From contig CBFIFT010000002.1 in NCBI GenBank assembly GCA_965661935.1, positions 1 to 48,147 of the forward strand: DNA of 48,147 nt, written 5' to 3'. A program made the position numbers and the translations under genes. The notes under the pieces are model-generated. The model was not told the origin of the DNA. It made no database searches and was given only the letters and a program-made list of their open reading frames with translations. Source of the stretch: Burkholderiaceae bacterium. GTDB taxonomy: Bacteria > Pseudomonadota > Gammaproteobacteria > Burkholderiales > Burkholderiaceae_C. Of this stretch, positions 18,608-27,904 are shown piece after piece; positions within the stretch are counted from its first letter, which is position 1; every line of letters begins with the position of its first letter.

Positions 18608-18998
18608 GAGCAGTTTCCTTTGCAGGTTGAAATGACGGATTAGCGTTAGAGCCAAACGCGCCCGCGGTCTGGCTTGGGCCAAATGCACCAGACGCAGGGT
18701 GCTGGCCAGCATTCAGATTCAGCTGGGCACTGACAGAGCGACACAATTCAAGCAATTGAGCATCGACGACGCGGTAGTACACCAAAGTGCCTTCGCGCCT
18801 GCGCGACAACATACCCGCTTGGTACATCAACCCCAAATGGCGTGAGACATTGGCCTGAGCCAAATCTGTCGCTTGGACGATGTCACCAACGCACCTCTCG
18901 CCGTTGCAGACAACGTGCAAGATTTTCAAGCGCGTTGGCTCTCCCAGCACGCTGAAATAGCGTGCCGTGGACTCAAAAATCTCGTGTTGCAGCTTCAA
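18600..18998 (-). CDS. ArsR/SmtB-family regulator heading the sox operon (SoxR/BigR-like)
   Basis: LGEPTRLKIL, QANVSRHL, RRREGTLVYY; TTG start; Cys in VVCNGERC and LELC. Confidence 0.9.
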   Translation of the reverse strand: MKLQHEIFESTARYFSVLGEPTRLKILHVVCNGERCVGDIVQATDLAQANVSRHLGLMYQAGMLSRRREGTLVYYRVVDAQLLELCRSVSAQLNLNAGQHPASGAFGPSQTAGAFGSNANPSFQPAKETARV

Positions 18999-19031
18999 TT
19001 GCGTTACCCGTTCACTCTAACGAAACGCTAC

Positions 19032-19053
19032 TATATGATTGAATGCTAATATA
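19032..19053. promoter_or_regulatory. Candidate ArsR operator in the sox promoter
   Basis: TATAT-N12-ATATA inverted repeat in an AT-rich tract 34-55 bp upstream of the ArsR start. Confidence 0.45.
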
Positions 19054-19274
19054 ATTATTGGTGTTTACCCTAGGTTTTGTAGAGTTTCCAAACAACTGAC
19101 AAAAAACTGACGTCAGACCAGCCCGCCAAGCCGATGGTGGCGCAGAGATGGGCTGATGCTTGGTAAAAAATATGGGGCTAGCTGCGCTCGCATGAGGCGC
19201 TCAAAGCGACGCCCCTAGCGCTGGGTTGGCTGCCCTGTGATGCGCGCGGAAACCCCGACCACTGCAAACTCGCG

Positions 19275-20082
19275 TCAAACGCGCTCGCGAAACTCTGGTT
19301 CTGCGCTGGGTGGCTCTTGAAGATCCTCACCCTCGTCAAAAACCGCTTGGCGAACCATGGACCGCAGACGGCGCTTCTCGGTCACATCCAGTGTGCGACC
19401 CAAAACCGCACGCGCACGAGCCAACATGAGGCGGTCTAAATCTTGTGGCAAGCCATGGGCATCTCGCAGGGTCGCCTGCAACTGCTCAGCCTCATCAGGG
19501 TCTCGCTCACTCCACCAAGCCAAAACCATTTCTTGCACTCTGGTCCAGGCACCCACACCGCCTTCACCCGAACCACCATCGCCAGCCAGCGCGCTTGAGC
19601 TCACCCAAATGCGGCGGTCGCATCAAACGCGCGAGCGCACTGTCCTCTTCGGCCAGCAACTTCAAATCACTCATCGACTCCTCGCCCAAAACGCAGACGC
19701 GCACGCCAGACAGCTTGGCCTCTTCTATCGCGGGTCCAATGCGGTCGTCATCACAGGCCAGAAGCAGTGTTTCACACGCACCCCTTTGTGACAAAGCCAC
19801 GATGTCCGCACTCATTGCGGCAACCAAAGCAGCGCCCCCATCGACGTCGTAGGCCGCAACAAAGCGCTGCGTTTGGTCATCGAGGGTTTGTCCATCATCG
19901 CGATCGCAGTACCAATAGCTACGCAAAATCGTAGATGGCATACCCGCGCCGTCCAAAGCCCTGGCGATGACGTTGCTCGCTAGATAGCGGTTGATTTTTC
20001 CGCCATGCGCCAGCCAGCTCAAGTAGCGCATATCCATTAACGCAACACTGCGGTCTTTGTGTTGAACCGATTTTTTATACAT
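19275..20082 (-). pseudogene. NYN/LabA-like domain protein split by a frameshift at ~19620
   Basis: First frame: DMRYL...LRSYWY...LLLACDDDRIGPAIEEAKLSGVRVCVLG...LARLM; a frame change gives DRRIWVSSSALA continuing into the 19275..19604 ORF (GLPQDLDRLML...LGRTLDVTEKRRLR). Confidence 0.72.
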
Positions 20083-20197
20083 AAAAAGATTTACTTTGCG
20101 ACTAAATTTGGAATCCGAATGATAATAAATAGTTAATTGATTGTGCGTGCGAAACCACAATCCACTTACAAAAAGTGTATCAAAAATTACGTTTTGT

Positions 20198-20839
20198 CTA
20201 TCGAATGCCTAAGAATTTGTGCGTCTGTACCGACAAACGCCAGCGCGGATGCGCTTGGCAATAGGCCAAAGCAGATTGGGTGTTCGCGCTTATGTTGGGC
20301 CCATCCATGGGCTGCAACGAAAAAACTTGGAAGTTCAAACCAACAAATACATCAGGGGCTGCCTGAGCTTGGGCTTGGGGGTACACCAACTTCAGTTCGT
20401 GGCCATGATCCTGCACCAGGGGCGCATCGGCCTTGGGGCTCACACACAGCCAGTCCACACCAGCGGGGGCCTTGACCGTGCCATTGGTTTCGACCGCAAT
20501 AAAAAATCCATGCTCGTGTAGCGCATGGATCAGTGCGTCATCGACTTGAAGCAATGGTTCGCCACCGGTCAATACAACCATCCGATGATCCAAGCTTTGA
20601 GACGGCCAATGGTCGGCAATAACCCTCACGAGTGCATCCGCCGATGCGTACTTACCGCCTGCTGTGCCATCTGTGCCAACAAAATCGGTATCGCAAAATC
20701 GGCACACGGCATTGGCCCGATCGGCTTCGCGCCCTGACCACAAATTGCACCCAGCGAATCGACAAAAAACAGCGGGCCGACCAGCCTGCGCCCCTTCACC
20801 TTGTAGCGTATAAAAAATTTCTTTAACTGAATAAGTCAT
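20198..20839 (-). CDS. queE: 7-carboxy-7-deazaguanine synthase (radical SAM, CX14CX2C type)
   Basis: [59 protein letters not shown]. Confidence 0.96.
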   Translation of the reverse strand: MTYSVKEIFYTLQGEGAQAGRPAVFCRFAGCNLWSGREADRANAVCRFCDTDFVGTDGTAGGKYASADALVRVIADHWPSQSLDHRMVVLTGGEPLLQVDDALIHALHEHGFFIAVETNGTVKAPAGVDWLCVSPKADAPLVQDHGHELKLVYPQAQAQAAPDVFVGLNFQVFSLQPMDGPNISANTQSALAYCQAHPRWRLSVQTHKFLGIR

Positions 20840-21903
20840 AAAGGCAAAGGTAAAAATTCGTCCTGCGAAAGCCACATCGCACCACCATTTGGCCCCTCTA
20901 ACAAAGTGACCCGTTCTAGCGCAGGAATGGTGGCGTGTGCGCGCAACGCAATGTGGGCCGCCCAGGCTTTCGAGCCACCGTCTAGCTCTGGCGCCAACTC
21001 GTGCAATGGCTGATGATCTAACTGATCAAACTGTGGAGCAAACGCACGTTTGACATCACCGAAGTCTTGAGTCCAGCCCAGCAATTCATCGATAGGCCCC
21101 TTCAAGTGCAGCCTCAAGGTGTATGTGTGGCCGTGGACACGAGCAGCGGGATGCTCTGCTGGAGCGCGCAGCCACTGGGTGGCGCTGTCGAACGTGAACT
21201 CTTTCCAAATGCGGTAGTTTCGTCCATCAAAATTGGCGCCGCAACTCTGTGTCTCGAATACCGTGACCCAAGCTAGCCCTGGAAGGGCGCCACCCAACTG
21301 AGCCCATATCCAAGCGGACATATTTTCGCTCGTCGGATTTTCCAGACCCTTGATCTCGTTGAGCTTGCGATAGTTCAAGGCGAAGTGCAGCGGTGCCCAA
21401 GCCTCGTCGAGCTTAGAAAAACCATCTTCGCCGGTTTGTACCCGCGTGTGCACAATCACCTCAAAATCGTGTCCGTGTAATCGGCCACATTTGTGTCCCA
21501 TTGGCACATGAGGCAGGAAGTGCGCGCACCGCAACCTGTAACGCCGCCATGCGAACACTTCGCCCGCGGCGTTCATGTCAGCTCCCCGGTCGCGCGTCAG
21601 TGAGACCGCTAGCCTTTGCACCGCTGGCTCACCGCGTTGGTCCCAGCCTTCGCGCAACCAACGAACCAGACCAATCTCATCGTGTGCACCCGTGACCTCG
21701 TCCATCAATCGCCCATGCACGGGTGCTATGCATGCGGCCAACCTTTGTTCAAGCAGCTCGACTTCAGCGCCAGCGAATGGCGCGAGGCCGTCCGAAACAG
21801 GGGCCAATACACCACAGCGTGCCGCGTAGCCGCGCCAGTCACCGCTGGCAGCGCGGTGAGCCCATTGACCCTCGCACATCGCGATCGTATGCACTGAGCT
21901 CAC
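20836..21903 (-). CDS. queD: Triple-repeat 6-carboxytetrahydropterin synthase (QueD-like)
   Basis: Middle repeat [19 protein letters not shown]...GLENPTSE...VFET; third repeat KEFTFD...VHGH...GWTQDF...LDH; degenerate first repeat; GTG at 21903 overlaps the queC stop (GTGA). Confidence 0.88.
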   Translation of the reverse strand: MSSVHTIAMCEGQWAHRAASGDWRGYAARCGVLAPVSDGLAPFAGAEVELLEQRLAACIAPVHGRLMDEVTGAHDEIGLVRWLREGWDQRGEPAVQRLAVSLTRDRGADMNAAGEVFAWRRYRLRCAHFLPHVPMGHKCGRLHGHDFEVIVHTRVQTGEDGFSKLDEAWAPLHFALNYRKLNEIKGLENPTSENMSAWIWAQLGGALPGLAWVTVFETQSCGANFDGRNYRIWKEFTFDSATQWLRAPAEHPAARVHGHTYTLRLHLKGPIDELLGWTQDFGDVKRAFAPQFDQLDHQPLHELAPELDGGSKAWAAHIALRAHATIPALERVTLLEGPNGGAMWLSQDEFLPLPL

Positions 21904-22601
21904 GGATTTTGCTCCAGGTATGCATCGTGACCCTTGGCGCGCAAATCGCACGCTGGGCAGCTGCCACAGCCAAATCCCCACGCGTGCCAGTGGGTGCGAT
22001 CACCTTGGTAACACGTATGGGTATCGCGGCGCATCAACTCGACAAGTGATTCACCGCCCAAATCATGGGCCATCGCCCACGTCTGCGCTTTGTCCAACCA
22101 CATCAGGGGCGTCTCAATGACCATGGGCGCGTCCAAACCCAGGCTGATAGCGACCTGCAAAGCCTTCAATGTGTTGTCCCTGCAGTCTGGATAACCCGAG
22201 TAATCGGTCTCGCACATGCCACCGACCAAGACCTGCAACCCACGGCGATAAGCAATCGCAGCAGCAAACTGAAAAAACAACAAATTGCGTCCAGGAACAA
22301 ACGTGTTCGGTACGCCCTGCGCATTGAACTCGATCGCCCGCTCAGCGGTGAGCGCTGTGTCGCTGATGGCCCCCAATGCATGCATGTCGAGGAGGTGATC
22401 GTCACCCAATTGGCCACGCCACCCCCAGTTAGGCTTCTGCAAGGCCTCGCGCAGTGCCGCGCGGCAATCCAACTCTACGCGGTGCTTTTGACCATAGTCA
22501 AAGCCAACTGTCTCCACCCAATCGTAGCGACTCAGGGCCCACGCCAAACAAGTTGTCGAGTCTTGGCCGCCTGAAAACAAAACCAACGCGCGTTTGTTCA
22601 T
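21900..22601 (-). CDS. queC: 7-cyano-7-deazaguanine synthase
   Basis: SGGQDS PP-loop, FDYGQKH, FVPGRN, YPDCR, THTCY...CGSCPAC. Confidence 0.97.
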   Translation of the reverse strand: MNKRALVLFSGGQDSTTCLAWALSRYDWVETVGFDYGQKHRVELDCRAALREALQKPNWGWRGQLGDDHLLDMHALGAISDTALTAERAIEFNAQGVPNTFVPGRNLLFFQFAAAIAYRRGLQVLVGGMCETDYSGYPDCRDNTLKALQVAISLGLDAPMVIETPLMWLDKAQTWAMAHDLGGESLVELMRRDTHTCYQGDRTHWHAWGFGCGSCPACDLRAKGHDAYLEQNP

Positions 22602-22659
22602 GTTGAGACCTCATAGAAACTTTTGGCCTGTTCACCCTCACACGGAGGAAACGGCAGCC

Positions 22660-22698
22660 AAAGCAAAACGGGCTAGCCTCTTGTGAAAGCTAACCCGT
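22660..22698 (-). terminator. Intrinsic terminator downstream of tRNA-Pro
   Basis: Minus strand ACGGGTTAGC-11 nt-GCTAGCCCGT followed by TTTGCTTT. Confidence 0.75.
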
Positions 22699-22707
22699 GT
22701 TGTTTTC

Positions 22708-22784
22708 TGGTCGGCGTGGCGGGATTCGAACTCGCGACCCCTTGCACCCCATGCAAGTGCGCTACCAGGCTGCGCTACACGCCG
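22708..22784 (-). tRNA. tRNA-Pro (GGG)
   Basis: CGGCGTG acceptor stem, TAGCGCAGCCTGGTAGCGC D-arm, CTTGC-ATGGGGT-GCAAG anticodon arm, GTTCGAATC T-loop, encoded CCA; 77 nt. Confidence 0.97.
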
Positions 22785-22823
22785 AAACCATCGATTATAG
22801 CGTGAATATCAGCGATTCTTGAC

Positions 22824-23258
22824 TCAGAAATCAGTGGTCAGTAAATCTCGGATGTTTTTTAACTCTAAGCGCAAAGCCTCAGTGTCCAGCCGCATACCTT
22901 GGCGTGCCACCAGACCGTGCGAAGGGCTGCTGGGCAATGAGGACAACGCATCACCACCAGCCTCAGGTTCAGCGATCAAGCGCTTGGCTGCCCGCTCGGC
23001 GCTCACCAACTCTTGAAGGCGATTGCGCGCACCATGGATGGTGAAGCCTTGTTCGTACAACAGATCACGAATGCGGCGAATCATCAACACCTCGTGGTGT
23101 TGGTAGTACCGGCGATTGCCACGTCGCTTCACCGGGCTCAGTTGCGTGAACTCTTGTTCCCAATAGCGCAACACGTGCGGTTTGACGCCGCAAAGCTCCG
23201 CGACCTCACCGATGGTGAAGTAGCGCTTAGGGGGAATGGCGGGCAAAAATTGAGACAT
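22824..23258 (-). CDS. MerR-family transcriptional regulator (conserved gene after ihfA)
   Basis: KRYFTIGEVAELCGVKPHVLRYWEQEF...RRGNRRYY...LLYEQGFTI. Confidence 0.95.
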   Translation of the reverse strand: MSQFLPAIPPKRYFTIGEVAELCGVKPHVLRYWEQEFTQLSPVKRRGNRRYYQHHEVLMIRRIRDLLYEQGFTIHGARNRLQELVSAERAAKRLIAEPEAGGDALSSLPSSPSHGLVARQGMRLDTEALRLELKNIRDLLTTDF

Positions 23259-23366
23259 GACAAAACGGAAGCAATGGGCGACTACTGTACTGCAACTTTC
23301 ACTTCTAACCTATTGCCTTGAATCAATATTCTCCCTGCAATGCCGCTGCAACAAATGTCGCCGAAC

Positions 23367-23693
23367 TCATTCGCCAGATGCGCGTTGCTGCACCAGGTCT
23401 CTGAGTTTAGGACTGACATGAAACGTCACCACGCGGCGTGCATCTATAGGTACGGGCTCACCCGTGCGCGGATTCCGACCGGGGCGCGCAGACTTGGTTC
23501 TCACCTGAAAGCTCCCAAAGCCTGAGATTTTCACCTCTTCGCCCTTCACAAGCTCTTCGGTCATGATGCGAAAAAACGCATCCACCATGTCTTTTGCCTC
23601 GCGCTTATTCAAGCCAATCTGCTCATACAAAAGCTCAGAAAGGTGCGCTTTGGTCAGTGCAGGTGTTTCTAGAGAGTCAACAGTCAACAACAT
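23367..23693 (-). CDS. ihfA: Integration host factor subunit alpha
   Basis: LTKAHL, VKISGFGSF, RPGRNPRTGE, ARRVVTF; GAGGAG SD before the ATG at 23693. Confidence 0.96.
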   Translation of the reverse strand: MLLTVDSLETPALTKAHLSELLYEQIGLNKREAKDMVDAFFRIMTEELVKGEEVKISGFGSFQVRTKSARPGRNPRTGEPVPIDARRVVTFHVSPKLRDLVQQRASGE

Positions 23694-23706
23694 ATGTACT
23701 CCTCGG

Positions 23707-26115
23707 TCAAGCGCGCAAGCGCGCCTCAACCTTCGACTCAAGGGCGTCCAGTACGGCGCGCACCACTGACTCGATCTGCTCCTCAGTGAGCTGCTGCTCG
23801 TCGTCACCAATGGTGAGTCGCAACGCCAAACTCTTGCCTTGCTTGCTTGCGTCTGGTGATCGGTAGACGTCAAAGACAAAGGCGTCTTTCAACATACCCT
23901 TGGTTTCTGCGCCAATGGCAGCGGCCATGATTTGATCATGTGTAACAGCCTCAGCAACCCAGACGGCCAGATCCCTTTCAGCGCGCTGCTGGCGAGGAAC
24001 AGGTTGAAACGAAGCAACCGGCCGACGCAATACTTCGTCAAGTTGCAGTTCGAACAACACGGCAGGCTTGGACAGACCCCTGGCTTGCATCCAGCGAGGG
24101 TGCAACTCGCCAACGACGCCAATCACTTGCCCATCACGCAGAACATGCGCACAACGACCTGGGTGCATCGCTGGATGCTCAGCCGCCGCGAACTGCAATG
24201 CCTGGGGGTGAAACAACGCCTCCACATCACCCTTCATGTCAAAAAAATCAACCCATCGCTCTGCGTTTCCCCATTGCGTGGGGACAACGCCACCATATGC
24301 CAGGCCTGACAACAACATCGGTTGATCAAAACCCGCTACCGTTGTGTCTGAGTCGGCAACGCTCGGGTTCTTTTTGAATACACGGCCCAACTCAAAAATA
24401 CGCACACGGGACGCCTTGCGATCCAAGTTAAACCCGAGCACTTCAATGAGAGAACCAATCAAGCTTGAGCGCATCACGCTAAGTTGACTCGCGATCGGAT
24501 TCAGCAATTTGACAGGGTCAGCGTTGCCAGCGAAATCAAGTTCCCACTGCGGCTCGACGAAACTGAAGTTGATCGTTTCTTGGTAACCCAACTGCGCCAA
24601 CTGTCTCCGCACGTCAAATGCGCTGCGCCGATTCTCTGGCCTTAGTTTAGGGGTGATTGGCCCTTGTGGCGGCGTGTTCGGCAATTGGTCATAGCCGATC
24701 ATTCGCGCGACTTCTTCAATGAGGTCTTCCTCAATGTTGATGTCAAACCTGTGGGCGCCAGGTGTCACGTGTAACGCCCCATCGGAGGCGGTCACAACCA
24801 TGCCAAGGCGGGTCAGCACCTCAGCACATTTGTCCGCGTCCAATGCCATACCGATGACTTTTTCAGCGCGATCGAGTCTGAGTGTGACTGGCTTGATCTC
24901 GGGCAAAGCCAGTATTTGGTCTTTCACAGGACCAGGCTGTCCACCGCAAATTTCGAGCACCAAGGCGGTGATGCGCTCGATGTGCTCCACCACGGTGCTT
25001 GGATCAACACCGCGCTCGAACCGATGGCCTGCATCGGTTGAGAAGTTGTAGCGGCGCGAGCGCCCAGCGATGGCTTCAGGCCACCAAAACGCTGCCTCAA
25101 CGAACACGTTTAGAGTCTCGTCCCCAACGGCAGTGGCATCGCCACCCATGATGCCAGCGAGCGACTCGACCTGATGCGCATCGGCAATCACGCCAACTTG
25201 CTCGTCTAGGCTGACGGTGTTGCCGTTGAGGAGTTTCAGCTTCTCATTGGCCCGCCCCCAACGCACTTGTAAGTCACCATTGATTTTGTCCAAATCGAAA
25301 ATGTGCGAAGGCCGACCCAACTCAAACATCACGTAATTTGAGATATCAACCAATGCGGAGACTGAGCGCTGGCCGCACCGAGCGAGCTTGGCCACCATCC
25401 AAGAAGGTGTCTTGGCTTGGGGGTCGATGCCTTTGATCACGCGGCCACCAAAACGGCCGCACAGATCTGGCGCTTGCACATGAACCGTCAGTGCGTCGCC
25501 GTGAGTCGGCTCGACTGGCGAAATTTTGGGTTCAATCAATGGGGCGCCTGTGAGCGCGCTCAACTCGCGAGCAACACCAAAAACACTCAAGCAGTGAGCC
25601 AAATTGGGGGTGAGCTTGAGCTCAAAAATGACGTCATTTAAATCCAGGTAGGTGCGCAAGTCTTCACCCACAGGCGCATCATCGGGCAACTCGAGCAAGC
25701 CACTGTGGTCAGAGTCTATGCCGAGCTCTTTGCCTGAGCACAACATACCAAAGCTCTCGACGCCGCGGAGCTTTCCAACCTTGATAGCGAACGGCTTGCC
25801 ACCCTCTTCGGCCGCAGGCAAGGCTGCGCCCACTGTGGCACATGGCACACGAATGCCAACGCGGGCATTCGGTGCACCGCACACAATACTCAAGGGCTCA
25901 GCACCCCCCACGTTAACCTGACACACGCGAAGTCGGTCCGCATTGGGGTGCTGCTCAGCCGCGATGATTTCACCCACCACCACCCCGCTGAATGGAGGAG
26001 CCACAGGGCGCAAAGACTCAACCTCAAGGCCAGCCATCGTCAAAGTGTCAGCCAATTCTTGGGTGGTCAGCGCTGGGTTACAAAACTCTCGCAACCAGGA
26101 TTCAGGAAACAACAT
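23707..26115 (-). CDS. pheT: Phenylalanine-tRNA ligase beta subunit
   Basis: ESWLREF, HPNADRL, IVCGAPN, LRGVESFGMLCS, RFERGVD, EEVAR, C-terminal FDX-ACB domain. Confidence 0.98.
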   Translation of the reverse strand: MLFPESWLREFCNPALTTQELADTLTMAGLEVESLRPVAPPFSGVVVGEIIAAEQHPNADRLRVCQVNVGGAEPLSIVCGAPNARVGIRVPCATVGAALPAAEEGGKPFAIKVGKLRGVESFGMLCSGKELGIDSDHSGLLELPDDAPVGEDLRTYLDLNDVIFELKLTPNLAHCLSVFGVARELSALTGAPLIEPKISPVEPTHGDALTVHVQAPDLCGRFGGRVIKGIDPQAKTPSWMVAKLARCGQRSVSALVDISNYVMFELGRPSHIFDLDKINGDLQVRWGRANEKLKLLNGNTVSLDEQVGVIADAHQVESLAGIMGGDATAVGDETLNVFVEAAFWWPEAIAGRSRRYNFSTDAGHRFERGVDPSTVVEHIERITALVLEICGGQPGPVKDQILALPEIKPVTLRLDRAEKVIGMALDADKCAEVLTRLGMVVTASDGALHVTPGAHRFDINIEEDLIEEVARMIGYDQLPNTPPQGPITPKLRPENRRSAFDVRRQLAQLGYQETINFSFVEPQWELDFAGNADPVKLLNPIASQLSVMRSSLIGSLIEVLGFNLDRKASRVRIFELGRVFKKNPSVADSDTTVAGFDQPMLLSGLAYGGVVPTQWGNAERWVDFFDMKGDVEALFHPQALQFAAAEHPAMHPGRCAHVLRDGQVIGVVGELHPRWMQARGLSKPAVLFELQLDEVLRRPVASFQPVPRQQRAERDLAVWVAEAVTHDQIMAAAIGAETKGMLKDAFVFDVYRSPDASKQGKSLALRLTIGDDEQQLTEEQIESVVRAVLDALESKVEARLRA

Positions 26116-26153
26116 AGCGGGAAAACTTTCTGAGATATTCGATGGGTTCAGCG

Positions 26154-27206
26154 TCAGTTGAATTGCTTGAGGAAACGCAAATCACCGTCAAAAAACAAGC
26201 GCAAATCACCAATGTTGTAGCGCAACATCGTCAAGCGATCAGGCCCCATACCAAAAGCAAAACCAATGAAACGCTCAGGATCCAGGCCCATGTTGCGCAC
26301 CACGTTGGGGTGCACTTGACCAGAACCAGCCACCTCTAACCAACGACCAGCGAGCGGGCCATGTGCAAACTGAATATCTATTTCAGCACTGGGCTCAGTG
26401 AAAGGAAAAAAACTGGGTCTGAATCTCAACACCAAGTCTTCATCTTCAAAAAAGGTCCGACAAAATTGGGTGAAGGCGTGACGCAGGTCTTTGAAAGACA
26501 CGTTTTCACCAATCCACAAACCTTCGCATTGGTGAAACATCGGTGAGTGCGTCGCATCGCTGTCGACGCGGTAGGTGCGGCCAGGTGCGATGACGCGGAT
26601 TTCAGGCATTCCTCGGCCTTGTTCCAAATCTTGTTGGTAACGCTTGACGTGCTGCACGGCGTGCCGAATCTGCATGGGGCTGGTGTGCGTGCGCAGCAAA
26701 TTGGGCGCGCTGGGGTCTGCGCCCTCGACGTAAAACGTGTCATGCATAGAGCGCGCAGGGTGATCAGCAGGCGTGTTCAATGCCGTGAAATTGAACCAAT
26801 CTGTCTCAATTTCAGGGCCATCTGCGACCTCAAAACCCATCGAGCCAAAAATAGACTCAATGCGCTCAAGTGTGAGGCTCACCGGGTGCAATCCACCTTG
26901 TCCGCGCTGGCGCCCGGGCATCGTCACATCCAAGGCTTCGGCGGCCAGTTGCTTGGCCAATGCTTGATCAGCCAAGGCTTGGCGGGCCTCTTGAAGCAAG
27001 GCCTCAACTGCTCGTTTGACGTCGTTGATGGCGGCGCCTTGTGTCTTTTTCTCTTCGACACTCAGTGCGCTCAAGCCCTTCATCAGCTCGGTAATTCGAC
27101 CGCTTTTGCCCAGAAACAAGGCCTTAGCGTCTTCTAGTTCGGCGGGTTGTTTGGCTTGCGCAAACGCATGACGCGCTTGCTCCACCAGTTGGCTCAACTC
27201 AGACAT
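26154..27206 (-). CDS. pheS: Phenylalanine-tRNA ligase alpha subunit
   Basis: [46 protein letters not shown]. Confidence 0.98.
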   Translation of the reverse strand: MSELSQLVEQARHAFAQAKQPAELEDAKALFLGKSGRITELMKGLSALSVEEKKTQGAAINDVKRAVEALLQEARQALADQALAKQLAAEALDVTMPGRQRGQGGLHPVSLTLERIESIFGSMGFEVADGPEIETDWFNFTALNTPADHPARSMHDTFYVEGADPSAPNLLRTHTSPMQIRHAVQHVKRYQQDLEQGRGMPEIRVIAPGRTYRVDSDATHSPMFHQCEGLWIGENVSFKDLRHAFTQFCRTFFEDEDLVLRFRPSFFPFTEPSAEIDIQFAHGPLAGRWLEVAGSGQVHPNVVRNMGLDPERFIGFAFGMGPDRLTMLRYNIGDLRLFFDGDLRFLKQFN

Positions 27207-27230
27207 GGTGCGGGTATCTCGGGGAACTTG

Positions 27231-27270
27231 AAAACAAAACAGGGCTAGTGACTGTCAGCCGCTAGCCCTG
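27231..27270 (-). terminator. Intrinsic terminator between rplT and pheS
   Basis: Minus strand CAGGGCTAG...CTAGCCCTG followed by TTTTGTTTT. Confidence 0.8.
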
Positions 27271-27315
27271 AGCATGTGCAACGCCACCCTGTCGAGGGGT
27301 TGCAATCGATACAGC

Positions 27316-27675
27316 TTAAGCTGCCAGCTTAGCCTTCACTTGATCCACGATGGAAGCAAAAGCGGCCCTGTCGTGCACAGCCATGTCAGCCAACACTTTG
27401 CGATCTATCTCGATGTTGGCCTTTTTCAGGCCGTTCGCGAATTGGCTGTAAGTCATACCCAATTCACGGACACCGGCGTTGATACGGGCAATCCAAAGCT
27501 GACGGAATACGCGCTTTTTGACACGGCGGTCACGATATGCATATTGACCAGCTTTCATCACCGCCTGTTTGGCGATGCGGAAAACGTTACCACGGCGACC
27601 GCGGAAGCCCTTGGCAAGGGCGAGAACTTTTTTGTGGCGGGCGCGAGCCGTTACACCACGTTTGACGCGAGGCAT
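27316..27675 (-). CDS. rplT: 50S ribosomal protein L20
   Basis: [16 protein letters not shown]...YAYRDRR...LWIARINA...IDRKVLAD. Confidence 0.99.
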   Translation of the reverse strand: MPRVKRGVTARARHKKVLALAKGFRGRRGNVFRIAKQAVMKAGQYAYRDRRVKKRVFRQLWIARINAGVRELGMTYSQFANGLKKANIEIDRKVLADMAVHDRAAFASIVDQVKAKLAA

Positions 27676-27700
27676 GTGTTTACTCCTTGTTCGTCGTTGA

Positions 27701-27904
27701 TCACAAACCAGCCATGGGCATCATGGCGGCGATGTGGCCCAAGTCAGACTTGGCCATGTTCACAGCACCACGCAGATGGCGCTTGTTCTTGGTGGTCTTC
27801 TTGGTCAGGATGTGACGTTTGAAGGCTTGACCGCGTTTGACGGTACCGCCTGGACGAACGCGAAAACGCTTTTTAGCCGCGCTCTTGGTCTTCATTTTGG
27901 GCAT
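27701..27904 (-). CDS. rpmI: 50S ribosomal protein L35
   Basis: [14 protein letters not shown]...KRHILTKK. Confidence 0.99.
   Translation of the reverse strand: MPKMKTKSAAKKRFRVRPGGTVKRGQAFKRHILTKKTTKNKRHLRGAVNMAKSDLGHIAAMMPMAGL

Noticed and set aside
22602-22700. preQ1 riboswitch upstream of queC
   Set aside because: No class I-type stem-loop with A-rich tail, nor other preQ1 consensus, recognisable
19000-22784. Genomic island integrated at tRNA-Pro
   Set aside because: No integrase, no duplicated tRNA 3' end seen, and no obvious compositional shift in the coding regions
27207-27315. pheM-type Phe-rich leader peptide attenuator before pheS
   Set aside because: A terminator is present but no short Phe-rich ORF
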